From a bacterium (GTDB taxonomy: Bacteria > 4484-113): a stretch of 64,000 nucleotides of DNA. This document shows, piece after piece, positions 29,704 through 39,146 of the stretch; positions within the stretch are counted from its first letter, which is position 1, and each line of letters opens with the position of its first letter. The stretch is taken from contig JAGGTK010000053.1 of assembly GCA_021163765.1 (NCBI GenBank), positions 8,017 through 72,016 on the forward strand, in the 5' to 3' direction. Position numbers and translations under genes: made by a program. The notes beneath the pieces were generated by a model, which had not been told where the DNA came from, did not search any database, and saw nothing but the letters and a program-made list of their open reading frames with translations.

Positions 29704-30498
29704 CTACCCGAATCGAACCCGCCGCAAATCGAAGACCGGCCCGTCGCGGCAGACGAGTTTCATTGACTCATACCCAAGACCATCTGTGCGCACAGCGCAA
29801 CCGTAACATGCACCTATTCCGCAGGCCATAACCTCTTCCAGGCTGGCCTCTACGTGAACCGCCTGAGGCAGCATTTCGGCGAGGGCCTTCAGCATGGGCA
29901 CAGGGCCGCACGCGTATACCCGGGTATCTTCAGCCACGCCCTCGGACGCAACCGTCTCGACTATATTCCCGTGAAACCCAAAGCTACCGTCGTCGGTGGC
30001 TGGATGGACTTCTACCGGGAGTTTTGACACGTAATCAAGGGTAAGGTCTCCTGACGTGCTGCCACCGAAGTAAAGGCGGGGACGTGGCAGCTTTGCGGCA
30101 GCAAGTTCTCTGGCCATAAGCAGTAAAGGCGCGACGCCTACGCCGCCAGCCACCAGGACAGTTGGCGTGCCCGGCGGTGGCATCGTGAAAGCGTTGCCAA
30201 GCGGCAATACCCCGCTCAATTGCGCACCAGGAGTGCTATCTGCGAGCCTGCGAGTCTGCTCTCCCACGACCTTAAAGTAGATGTCAAATGAGCCAGCTTC
30301 GACGTCCACGGAGGCAAAGGAAAACGGGCGCCGGAACCTGTAAGGTTCAGATTCGTCACAACGTAACATCATAAATCTCCCCGCGTGCACGTGTTCAAGC
30401 AGGGGGAGGCTCTCATGCGGGACTTTAAGCGTCAACAGGCGAATTTCGCCACCCAGCGACCGGTTTGCGGCAACAGTCAGCTCTGAGAGTGCTTTCAC
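29704..30498 (-). CDS. pyrK: Dihydroorotate dehydrogenase electron transfer subunit
   Basis: RRPFS, VAGGVGVAP, ACGP, MACGIGACYGC..VCRDGPVF. Probable start GTG 30498 (track start 30582). Confidence 0.85.
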   Translation of the reverse strand: MKALSELTVAANRSLGGEIRLLTLKVPHESLPLLEHVHAGRFMMLRCDESEPYRFRRPFSFASVDVEAGSFDIYFKVVGEQTRRLADSTPGAQLSGVLPLGNAFTMPPPGTPTVLVAGGVGVAPLLLMARELAAAKLPRPRLYFGGSTSGDLTLDYVSKLPVEVHPATDDGSFGFHGNIVETVASEGVAEDTRVYACGPVPMLKALAEMLPQAVHVEASLEEVMACGIGACYGCAVRTDGLGYESMKLVCRDGPVFDLRRVRFG

Positions 30499-30588
30499 CG
30501 CCGCAGATTTTATCACGGCCAGCCTGTTCCTGATAGGATACGAAGTCACAACAATGGTTGAAAGTCGCAAATCCCGCTGCACAGCGAT

Positions 30589-31626
30589 TCAGTTAGCCTT
30601 GGAACCGGGACGTTCCGGGAAATGTCCTTTCGCATACTCGCTGGCGTGCTCCAGCTCATCCACGCGCTTCAGATAGGCAGCATATGTGCTGCTGCCTTCA
30701 GCATCTCGCGCCCTGGTGCAATACGCAATCATGCCACGCGCATAATCCCGGGCATCCTCAAAACGCTTCTCATCAATGAGCTGACGCAAGTAATAATCGT
30801 GACGCCTACACTCCTTCTGCCCTGCCTCAAGCTTCTCACGATGTTCCGTATACGCCGCGTGCTGCTGCTGATAGGACAAGTCCCCGGCGAAGCTGTGCTT
30901 AGCCATTACACTAGAAAGGCGAAGATTGGTTAACATGGTTCCCAGCATGACCCAGCCACCGAATATGGCGGCAATCAGCACTGCTATAGTCACAAGCGAC
31001 TTGAGCGCGCCACTGAAAGCTGTTTCTGAGCTGGAGAAAAGACCCCCAATGACCGGCAGGTCGTCAAGACCGGAAAAGAACTCACCCAGCTTCCGTATGC
31101 GAGGATCGCGCATGCCCATCGCGGAGCCCTTAGGATCCGATAGCGTCATCCCTTCAATCCCGGTGATTAGGCCGTCCTTAAACGTGAACTGGATAGTCTC
31201 GACCCGGTCGACGGCTTGCACTGCTCCGCCCTCTTCTTCCAGCGAGCCAAATATTTCGCTTTCCTCAGCGCCTTCGATACTTGTATCGCTGGCTGCCATT
31301 CCCAACAACCAGTTCCTCTGGAACGCTCCTGATATCTGAATGCCGGCCTCGGAACTTGTTTCCTGAAGCCCCGCCGCTTCAAAGTGATAATCATCACACC
31401 ACTCAAACCACTTCTCAACCCAGCCAGAGAAAGCATTCCGGTCCATCCCTCCGGCTTCGAATTCAGGATGAATTGTGGCTAGGACAGCGCTTGCATCGCC
31501 CGTCACGAAACCGGATGTAAAGCTCCTTACAGCTTCAGCCTCCTTACTAGCCAGCGCAGGCGATCCTGACACTCCTAGGATTACACTGGCAAGAACAGCG
31601 AGTTTCTTCCCGTGTTTGCCGAACAT
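30589..31626 (-). CDS. Hypothetical exported/membrane protein
   Basis: Signal peptide, one internal TM helix, helical C-terminus. Preceded by TTGACA-17-CATACT. Confidence 0.7.
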   Translation of the reverse strand: MFGKHGKKLAVLASVILGVSGSPALASKEAEAVRSFTSGFVTGDASAVLATIHPEFEAGGMDRNAFSGWVEKWFEWCDDYHFEAAGLQETSSEAGIQISGAFQRNWLLGMAASDTSIEGAEESEIFGSLEEEGGAVQAVDRVETIQFTFKDGLITGIEGMTLSDPKGSAMGMRDPRIRKLGEFFSGLDDLPVIGGLFSSSETAFSGALKSLVTIAVLIAAIFGGWVMLGTMLTNLRLSSVMAKHSFAGDLSYQQQHAAYTEHREKLEAGQKECRRHDYYLRQLIDEKRFEDARDYARGMIAYCTRARDAEGSSTYAAYLKRVDELEHASEYAKGHFPERPGSKAN

Positions 31627-31714
31627 ACATCAAGTATGACTTGAGCGATTTGCTGTGTCAAGATTGAGCCTGGAACTTTTCCTGGCGACGGCAGGGCGGA
31701 ATTCCAAAGGATAT

Positions 31715-31765
31715 TAGTGATTATCCTCACGAAATGTTGAAAGCTCTAAACAGGTATGGTATGCT
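31715..31765 (+). promoter_or_regulatory. Promoter of the OFOR-Hdr operon with an upstream Rex-like operator
   Basis: TAGTGAT-TATC-CTCACGA (31715-31732); TTGAAA(31737)-17-TATGCT(31760). Confidence 0.6.
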
Positions 31766-31836
31766 CCTATCAGGTGTAAGGCTCGTGGGCACCGCTGCCT
31801 CGCAGTTGGACGGCGAGGCTAATTCTATCGGAGTGT

Positions 31837-32133
31837 GTGGCTAACGCCGTGAAATATTGGCGAAAACCTTTGGACTTTGATGAGCTCACGATCCCCCACG
31901 GTATCGTGCATATCATCGTTGACCGCTGCAAAGGCTGCGGTTTCTGCGTGGAGTACTGCCCCAAAGGCGTGCTAGAAATGTCGGAGGAGTTTAACGCTAA
32001 GGGCTACCATCCGCCCAAAGTGGTCAAAGAAGGCGAGTGCGTGAACTGCAACCTGTGCGAGATGATATGCCCTGAGTTTGCGATATTCAGCGCCGACGCC
32101 TCCGATAATGGATCGGGCACGCATTCTAAGTAA
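31837..32133 (+). CDS. korD: 2x[4Fe-4S] ferredoxin, OFOR delta subunit (KorD-like)
   Basis: CKGCGFCVEYCP and CVNCNLCEMICPEFAI. Confidence 0.85.
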   Translation: MANAVKYWRKPLDFDELTIPHGIVHIIVDRCKGCGFCVEYCPKGVLEMSEEFNAKGYHPPKVVKEGECVNCNLCEMICPEFAIFSADASDNGSGTHSK

Positions 32134-32172
32134 TTTTTCTCCTTACAATGGTGAAGTAAAGGAGGACGACCA

Positions 32173-33330
32173 GTGAAAACAGACCCTTCAGGGGTGCTGA
32201 CTGGCCAACATTATCTTGATGGCGACCATGCCTGCGGAGAGGGCGCTATGGCCGCTGGCTGCAGATTCGTTGCCGGCTACCCCATCACTCCTTCAACAGA
32301 AGTCGTAGAGCGCATCTCGCGCAGATTCCCCATGATGGGAGGCACGTTCATCCAGATGGAGGATGAGATGGCCAGCATGGCGGCAATCATTGGCGCATCG
32401 TGGACTGGAACTAAATCAATGACCGTTACCAGTGGCCCCGGATTCTCCCTGATGATGGAGAATATCGGCCTCGCCGCGATGATGGAAACACCATGCGTCA
32501 TTGTGAACGTGCAACGTGGCGGGCCGTCCACGGGGCTACCAACAAATGTAGGCCAAGCGGATATGATGCAGGCGCGATGGGGTTCGCACGGTGACTACGA
32601 AATCATCGCTTTGAGCCCTCAGTCACCACAGGAGGCTTTTGACGTCATGATTGACGCCTTCAATCTCTCGGAGATTTACCGCGTGCCGGTAATGGTCATG
32701 ACGGACGAATGCGTAGGGCATATGACCGAAAAGGTCGTAATCCCCAAGGCTGAAGACATAGAAATAGTGCCACGCAAGCTTACTGATAAGCCGCCAGGCG
32801 AATTCTGGCCTTACGTTGCTGACAGGAACATGATACCGGAATTCGCGCGCGCAGGAGATGGTTACAGGTTCCATAGCACCGGCCTGACGCACAACGAGCG
32901 TGGATATCCGGTAATGAGCGCGGAGTGCCAGCAGGAATGCGTAACCCGGCTGGTAGACAAAATCCGCCTTAACGCTGAAGACATAGTCCGTTTCGAGGAA
33001 GAGGATATTGACGGCGCTGACGTTGTCCTCGTGACTTACGGTATCACCGCGCGTGTTGCGCGACGCGGCATCGATATCGCCAGGAATAAGGGCGTCAAGG
33101 TTGGCGTCATCAGGCTCATTGTTGTATGGCCGTTCCCCGAACGTCACATTCGCGAACTTGCACCCAAGATCAAGGCATTCGTGGTGCCTGAAATCAACTA
33201 CGGACAGATTGTGCTGGAAGTTGAACGCTGTGCGGCCGGGCAGACTCTTACCGTCCTTGTCCCCCATATGGGGGGCACGGTACATGACCCAGAAGACATC
33301 GCAAACGCTATTTTGGAGGCTGCCAAATGA
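32173..33330 (+). CDS. korA: 2-oxoacid:ferredoxin oxidoreductase alpha subunit (KorA-like)
   Basis: AGYPITPSTE, QMEDE, TSGPGFSLM, QRGGPSTGLPT. Confidence 0.9.
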   Translation: MKTDPSGVLTGQHYLDGDHACGEGAMAAGCRFVAGYPITPSTEVVERISRRFPMMGGTFIQMEDEMASMAAIIGASWTGTKSMTVTSGPGFSLMMENIGLAAMMETPCVIVNVQRGGPSTGLPTNVGQADMMQARWGSHGDYEIIALSPQSPQEAFDVMIDAFNLSEIYRVPVMVMTDECVGHMTEKVVIPKAEDIEIVPRKLTDKPPGEFWPYVADRNMIPEFARAGDGYRFHSTGLTHNERGYPVMSAECQQECVTRLVDKIRLNAEDIVRFEEEDIDGADVVLVTYGITARVARRGIDIARNKGVKVGVIRLIVVWPFPERHIRELAPKIKAFVVPEINYGQIVLEVERCAAGQTLTVLVPHMGGTVHDPEDIANAILEAAK

Positions 33331-34307
33331 GCAAGGTCGCGGAGCAAATACCTACAGAAGAAATGGAACACCCAGTAGCGCCGTACTTGCGCATGGATCG
33401 CATCCCGCATATCTGGTGCCCCACCTGCGGCATCGGAACGGTTGTCAGATGCTACGCTGACGCGCTTGAGCATTCCAAAATCGACCTGGACAAGGTGGCT
33501 ATTGTTTCGGGCATTGGGTGCACAGGACGTGTTGCGGGATATATGAGGCTTGATGCCTTTCACACCACCCACGGTCGTGCTATACCGTTTGCAACCGGCC
33601 TGAAGCTGGGCCGGCCTGAGTTGTTGGTTACTGTTTTCTCCGGCGACGGAGACCTGGTTGGCATCGGTGGTAATCACTTCATCCACGCTGCTCGTCGTAA
33701 TCTGGACATACTCGTTATCCTTGTAAACAACTTCATTTATGGAATGACCGGCGGCCAGAACGCTCCAACAACCCCGACGACTGCCAGAACATCTACCATG
33801 CCTTTTGGCAATTTCGAAAGGCCATTCAACCTGCCTCACCTGGCGGAGAGCTGTGGCGCTACATACGTGGCACGCTGGACTAGCCTGCATATTCGCAGGC
33901 TGACCAAGTCGTTCAGAGAGGCGATTAGCCGCAAGGGCTTCCGCTTCGTTGAGGTTATTGCTCCTTGCGCCACTCTGTATGCCCGCCTGAACAAGCTGGG
34001 GACCGGCTTCAACCTGATGCGGTTCTATCACGACAATGCGGTCATTGACCACGGAGCCGATACTCGCGACCTCGACATCAGCTTCCAGGACAGGATTATT
34101 TGTGGGAAGTTCGTGGACAAAGAGCGTCCGACATATAGTGAAATGATGCACGAGCACTATAGAAATGCCCTCGGCGACAAATTCGTGCCTTTACCTGAGG
34201 AAGGTGGAATGATACGCGATACTGGGGAAAAACCAGATTCCAAGGGCAAGAAGCCGGCTAAAAGCCAAAAGCGCAAGGCTTCGGCATCTAAATCCAGTAG
34301 AAAATAA
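33327..34307 (+). CDS. korB: 2-oxoacid:ferredoxin oxidoreductase beta subunit (KorB-like) with a basic C-terminal tail
   Basis: [30 protein letters not shown]. Confidence 0.9.
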   Translation: MSKVAEQIPTEEMEHPVAPYLRMDRIPHIWCPTCGIGTVVRCYADALEHSKIDLDKVAIVSGIGCTGRVAGYMRLDAFHTTHGRAIPFATGLKLGRPELLVTVFSGDGDLVGIGGNHFIHAARRNLDILVILVNNFIYGMTGGQNAPTTPTTARTSTMPFGNFERPFNLPHLAESCGATYVARWTSLHIRRLTKSFREAISRKGFRFVEVIAPCATLYARLNKLGTGFNLMRFYHDNAVIDHGADTRDLDISFQDRIICGKFVDKERPTYSEMMHEHYRNALGDKFVPLPEEGGMIRDTGEKPDSKGKKPAKSQKRKASASKSSRK

Positions 34308-37300
34308 TGGAAGCGGCGCCAAATAAAAGAGCCCTCGTGATCGGCGGTGGCATCGCAGGCATTCAGGCGGCCTTGGACCTAGCCAACGCTCGCATTCCAG
34401 TAACACTGGTGGAGAAGTCCCCTACCCTGGGTGGGCGAATGGCCCAGCTCGACAAGACGTTCCCCACCATGGATTGCAGCATTTGAATCCTCGGCCCAAG
34501 AATGCTGGATGCCGGTCGGCATCCCCTGATAGATGTGATCTCCAACGCCGAGGTTATCGGTTGCGAAGGCAAGCCAGGTGACTTCAGCGTCCGTGTGCGT
34601 AAAAACAAGCGGTACGTACGGGAAGACCTCTGCGTCGCCTGTGGATTATGCACCGATGCCTGTCCGGTCATCGCGGGCAACGAGTTCGATGTAGGACTGA
34701 AAGCCCGCAAGGCAATCTACCGCCCGTTCCCGCAGTCCGTACCTGCGGCATACGTAATAGACCCTGAGTTCTGCATTAACCTTCTGGGACACCTCAGCGA
34801 GAAGCAAATTCGCAGGTTGGAGAAAATCCAGAAGGTCAAACAGCGCAAGAATCTGGACTACAGCTCCAACATCCTTCCCTGTGGGCACTGTACTGAAGCC
34901 TGCGAAGTCAATGCTATCGACTTTGATATGCAGATAGAGGAAAAGGACCTGAATGTCGGGGCGATATTGGTCGCTGTGGGATTTCAGGAATTCGATGCCC
35001 GCAAGCTGGGCAACTACGGCTACGGCCGCTTCCCTAATGTGGTCACCAGCCTTGAATTAGAGCGGATGCTGAACGCCTCCGGAGTGACCCAGGGCCATGT
35101 CGTGCGGCCGTCCGATATGAAGACCCCAAAGCGGTTAGTGTTTATCCAGTGTGTGGGCGCCCGCGGCGAAGGCGGGCGACCGTATTGCAGCCGCTTTTGC
35201 TGTATGAACGCTGTAAAAGATTCTATGCTGGTGCGGCAGCACGATCCGGAAGTTGAGGATGTCACCATCCTCTATACCGACCTCCGCGCTTTCGGCAAAG
35301 GATTCGACGACTTCGTGCAGCGGTCACGTGACGAAAAGAGCGCCACTTACGTACGAGGACGCCCCGCAAAGGTGGATATCGTTCCTGAGAATGACACGCT
35401 GGAAGTGTTCGTTGAGGACACGCTGGGGCATGAGCAGAAACGCATCCCCGCAGACCTGGTCGTGCTTTCGGTTGCTGCCGCGCCAAACGACGGTGCGGCA
35501 GATCTCTTTGATATCTTAGGGATTAACAGGGTGGAGTAGGGTTTGGGCCCCGAAGGAATTGCCGAGGCCCCCGCGGGGGAGAGCACCCGCGACGGTATCT
35601 TCGTGTGTGGCAGCGCGGTCGGCCCCCAGATAATTCCTGATTGTGTCGCGCAAGCATCGGCGGTCGCAGCCAGAGCACAACTGTTTTTAACCGGTCATCG
35701 AGTTGAGAAGCACGAGGAGCCCGTTGAGCTCCTGGACGTCACCGGTAAGCCGCGGATAGGAATCCTCGTCTGCCATTGCGGCATTAACATCGCGGGCGTA
35801 TTAGACATTGACGACCTCGTGCAGTACGCAACCGCTTTGCCGGATGTGGTGGCGGCTGCTGGCAGCACATTTGCCTGCTCTACAACAGGGCAGGACGAGC
35901 TGGTAGAGCTGATACGCGAACATAATCTGAATCGCCTTGTCATCGCCGCCTGCACCCCGCGCACTCACGAGCCTATATTCCGCGAAACCTGCACCCACAT
36001 TGGCTTCAACCCATACCTTATCGAGATGGTGAATATCCGTGACCAGTGCTCATGGGTGCATACCGGACAACCCGTCGAGGCGCAGGAAAAGGCACGTACG
36101 CTTATAAGGATGGGTGTTGCCCGGGCCCGGCAACTGGAGCCGCTGTTCGAAGGCGAAGTCCCGATGATGCACTCGGCTCTCGTAATTGGCGGTGGAATCG
36201 CCGGTATCCAGGCTGCAACAGACCTGGCAGTGCAGGGGTTCCCCGTTACGCTCGTTGAAAAGGAAGGGCAACTCGGAGGTCGCCTTGCGAAGCCACACCT
36301 GAAATACCTGTATCCCAATATGCGGCCGGCGACTGAGGTACTGGAAGCAAAACTCAAGCTACTTGAGGAAAGCGGCGCCAGAGTCCTGCTTAACACTGAT
36401 GTTGAGAGCATTACCGGATATGTGGGCAACTTCGAGGCTAATCTGACAGGGGAAACTGAAGAGCTCCTCCAGGTTGGCGCCATTATTTTAGCTGTCGGGG
36501 CGGATCTCTACGATCCTGAGGAAGAATATGGCTATTCGAAGTTTCCCAACGTAATCACAAGCCAAGAGCTGGAAACGATGCTGGTGGAGGACGACAAGAA
36601 CGTCGAGATTGCCGGCAGCCGTCCCAGGAGCGCGTCCTTTGTGCTGTGCGTTGGGTCGCGGGATCCGGAGCATTTCCCCGGCTGTTCGCGCTACTGCTGC
36701 CCTACCGCGATAAAGCAAGCTATCCTGCTGCGACGCATGGGGATGGATATAACCATCTTCTACCGCGATATCCGCACGATTTCGACCGGTGCGGAGGAAA
36801 TGTACCGCGAGGCCAGAGGTTTGGGAGTTCTGTTCATCCGGATCCCTGAAGGCGACAAAGTCCAGGTAAGCGGGACAGACCACGCTGAATCGGTGCGATG
36901 CTTCGACGACCTTCTCGGCCGACACCTCGAAGTGCCCACTGACCTGGTCGTGTTAAGCGTGGGCATGCAGCCCAAGCAACCTGAAACATCAAAGTTCCAT
37001 GACATCCTGAAGGTTAGCGTCGGGCTTGACGGCTTCTTCATGGAGCTGCACCCGGAGCTCGGCCCGGTGGAAACCCCCGTGGAGGGCGTGCTTCTTGCGG
37101 GAACGGCTCAGGGGCCGAAAGATATTGTGGATACCGTCGCCCAAGCTTCCGCTGCCGCTGCGAAGGCCTCTATATTCCTGGCGCATGACACCGTTAGCCT
37201 CAATCCAGCGGTATCTGAGGTGATTGAGGAAAAATGCCGGGGCTGCGGCACCTGCGCGGAAATCTGCGAATTCCATGCACCCGCACTCGTCGAGATCGAG

Positions 37301-37459
37301 CCTGGCACCTTCGTCGCGCGTATCAACGCCAGTCTTTGCAAGGGTTGCGGCACGTGCACCAGTTGGTGCCCCTCCGGCGCGATTGTCTCCAAGCATTTCA
37401 CCGACCGGCAGGTCCACGCGATGATTGATGCTCTGTTCACAACTGAAACATCGAAATGA
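34307..37459 (+). CDS. hdrA: Tandem HdrA-HdrA flavoprotein (about 1050 codons), predicted selenoprotein; also interrupted by an in-frame TAG
   Basis: ATG overlaps the korB stop (TAATG). [18 protein letters not shown]...[14 protein letters not shown](34484)-ILGP runs in frame into track ORF 34502; TAG at 35537 is in frame with track ORF 35543. The second unit starts [10 protein letters not shown]. Confidence 0.8.
34507..34524 (+). promoter_or_regulatory. Bacterial SECIS-like hairpin of hdrA-1
   Basis: GGATGCC-GGTC-GGCATCC; 27 nt lie between the TGA and the loop, and the loop begins with G. Confidence 0.75.
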
Positions 37460-37920
37460 CTCCGACCAAAACCAAACGCAAGGCAAAGTCCGGTTCCACA
37501 AAGTGGAACCCCAACATCGTGGTTTTTGCGTGCAACTGGTGTTCATACGCGGGTGCGGATACCGCCGGAGTTTCGCGAATCCAGCATGAACCGCACTTCA
37601 GGATGATCCGCGTAATGTGCTCCGGTCGCATCCAGCCAGGCTTCGTTCTCAAGGCTTTTGAGAGGGGAGCGGACGGCGTTCTGGTCTCTGGCTGCCACAT
37701 CGGCGACTGCCACTACATCTTTGGAAACGAGCGCGCACTGGAGCAGTTCGAGAAGACTAAGAATATGGTCAGGCTCCTCGGCCTGGAGGAAGGGCGGCTT
37801 CGTTTGGAATGGATAAGCGCCGCTGAGGGCGCACGATTTGCCGAGGTTATCAACGATTTCACTGCCCAGGTGCGGAAACTGGGGCCGAGCCCACTCAACA
37901 CCGGCAATGGGGAACGCTAA
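37456..37920 (+). CDS. mvhD: MvhD/FlpD-family [2Fe-2S] subunit
   Basis: FACNWCSYAGAD, VMCSGR, GCHIGDCHY, WISAAEG. Confidence 0.92.
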   Translation: MTPTKTKRKAKSGSTKWNPNIVVFACNWCSYAGADTAGVSRIQHEPHFRMIRVMCSGRIQPGFVLKAFERGADGVLVSGCHIGDCHYIFGNERALEQFEKTKNMVRLLGLEEGRLRLEWISAAEGARFAEVINDFTAQVRKLGPSPLNTGNGER

Positions 37921-37926
37921 AGGGAT

Positions 37927-39087
37927 ATGAAAACGACTTCAACCCCTGAAATTGCGGAAATCGCCGATAAGGCCAGAGCGTGGGCCTGCTACGACTGCGG
38001 GAAATGCACGGCGACCTGCCCCATTGCCCGGGTTGGCGGCGCTCTCAGCCCCCGGCGGCAGGTGCTGGCAGCCAATCTCGGTCACCGCGAGGACATTATT
38101 ACCAATAATGCCCTTTTCGCCTGTCTTACCTGCGGGTTGTGCAGCTCACGTTGCCCTGCCGGAGTGGTTTACTGCGAGCTGGTTCTAAACCTGCGCCAGC
38201 TCGCATTCCACGACGGCGTTGAGCCTGAGTGCCCGCACGGCGGCGCACTTCAATCAATGATGCGAATGATGGCCAAGGGTAAAACAAAGCAAGACCGCCT
38301 AAGCTGGCTGACCAAAGATTTGAAGGTTCAGCACAAGAAGGGAGATGTTTTCTACTGGACCGGTTGCACGATGTACTACGATGCGTTCTTCCCCGACTTC
38401 AATATCACGACTCTGGACGCTACACGGGCTGCCATTCGCGTACTGAACCGACTGGGCGTGACGCCGGTAGTTTCACCGGACGAGCGATGCTGCGGGCATG
38501 ACCTTCTGTGGAACGGTGACCGGGCGAATTTTGAGCTCCTCGCAAGGCATAACGTTAAACTCGTTGAATCCAGCGGCGCAAAAACGCTTGTCATCTCCTG
38601 TGCTGAGTGCCTGCGAACATGGAATATCGACTACCAGCCATTCTTTGAGACTAGCCCTCCAAAGATTATGCATATAACCGAGTTTATGCAAGAAAATCTG
38701 GATAATCTGAAGTTCAAAGCCAACAAGGAGCATACGGTCACTTATCAGGACCCCTGCCGGCTGGGCAGGCACCTAGGGATCTTCGATCCGCCGCGCGCTA
38801 TACTAGAAGCACTGCCTGATATCACCCTGGCGGAAATGCCCCGCTCCGGAAAAAACTCCATATGCTGCGCTGGGGGGACTTGGTCTAACTGCGACCGCTA
38901 CGCCAAGCACATCCAGGTAGACCGCCTGCGCGAGGCAAAGTCAACAGGTGCTGAGTTCCTTGTTACGTCCTGCCCTAAATGCCAGATACATTTCGCATGC
39001 GCTATGAAAGACCCGAATTTACACGAGGAGATTGAAATCCCGATGCGCGATATCGCCACGCTGGTTGCAGACGCGCTGGCGGATTGA
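37927..39087 (+). CDS. HdrD-like Fe-S/CCG protein
   Basis: Two CxxCxxCxxxCP motifs, then two CCG-type domains (RCCGH, ICCAGG, SCPKC). Confidence 0.85.
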   Translation: MKTTSTPEIAEIADKARAWACYDCGKCTATCPIARVGGALSPRRQVLAANLGHREDIITNNALFACLTCGLCSSRCPAGVVYCELVLNLRQLAFHDGVEPECPHGGALQSMMRMMAKGKTKQDRLSWLTKDLKVQHKKGDVFYWTGCTMYYDAFFPDFNITTLDATRAAIRVLNRLGVTPVVSPDERCCGHDLLWNGDRANFELLARHNVKLVESSGAKTLVISCAECLRTWNIDYQPFFETSPPKIMHITEFMQENLDNLKFKANKEHTVTYQDPCRLGRHLGIFDPPRAILEALPDITLAEMPRSGKNSICCAGGTWSNCDRYAKHIQVDRLREAKSTGAEFLVTSCPKCQIHFACAMKDPNLHEEIEIPMRDIATLVADALAD

Positions 39088-39146
39088 CCCAATAATGATG
39101 AATTTGATGGAACCTGTAGGGACTCTCTCAAATGGGAGGAGAATTA

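Noticed and set aside
33198..34157. Long antisense or alternate-frame ORFs (e.g. 33198-34157, 56517-57380, 14929-15603, 47243-47923)
   Set aside because: They shadow well-supported genes in GC-rich coding sequence and show no motifs.
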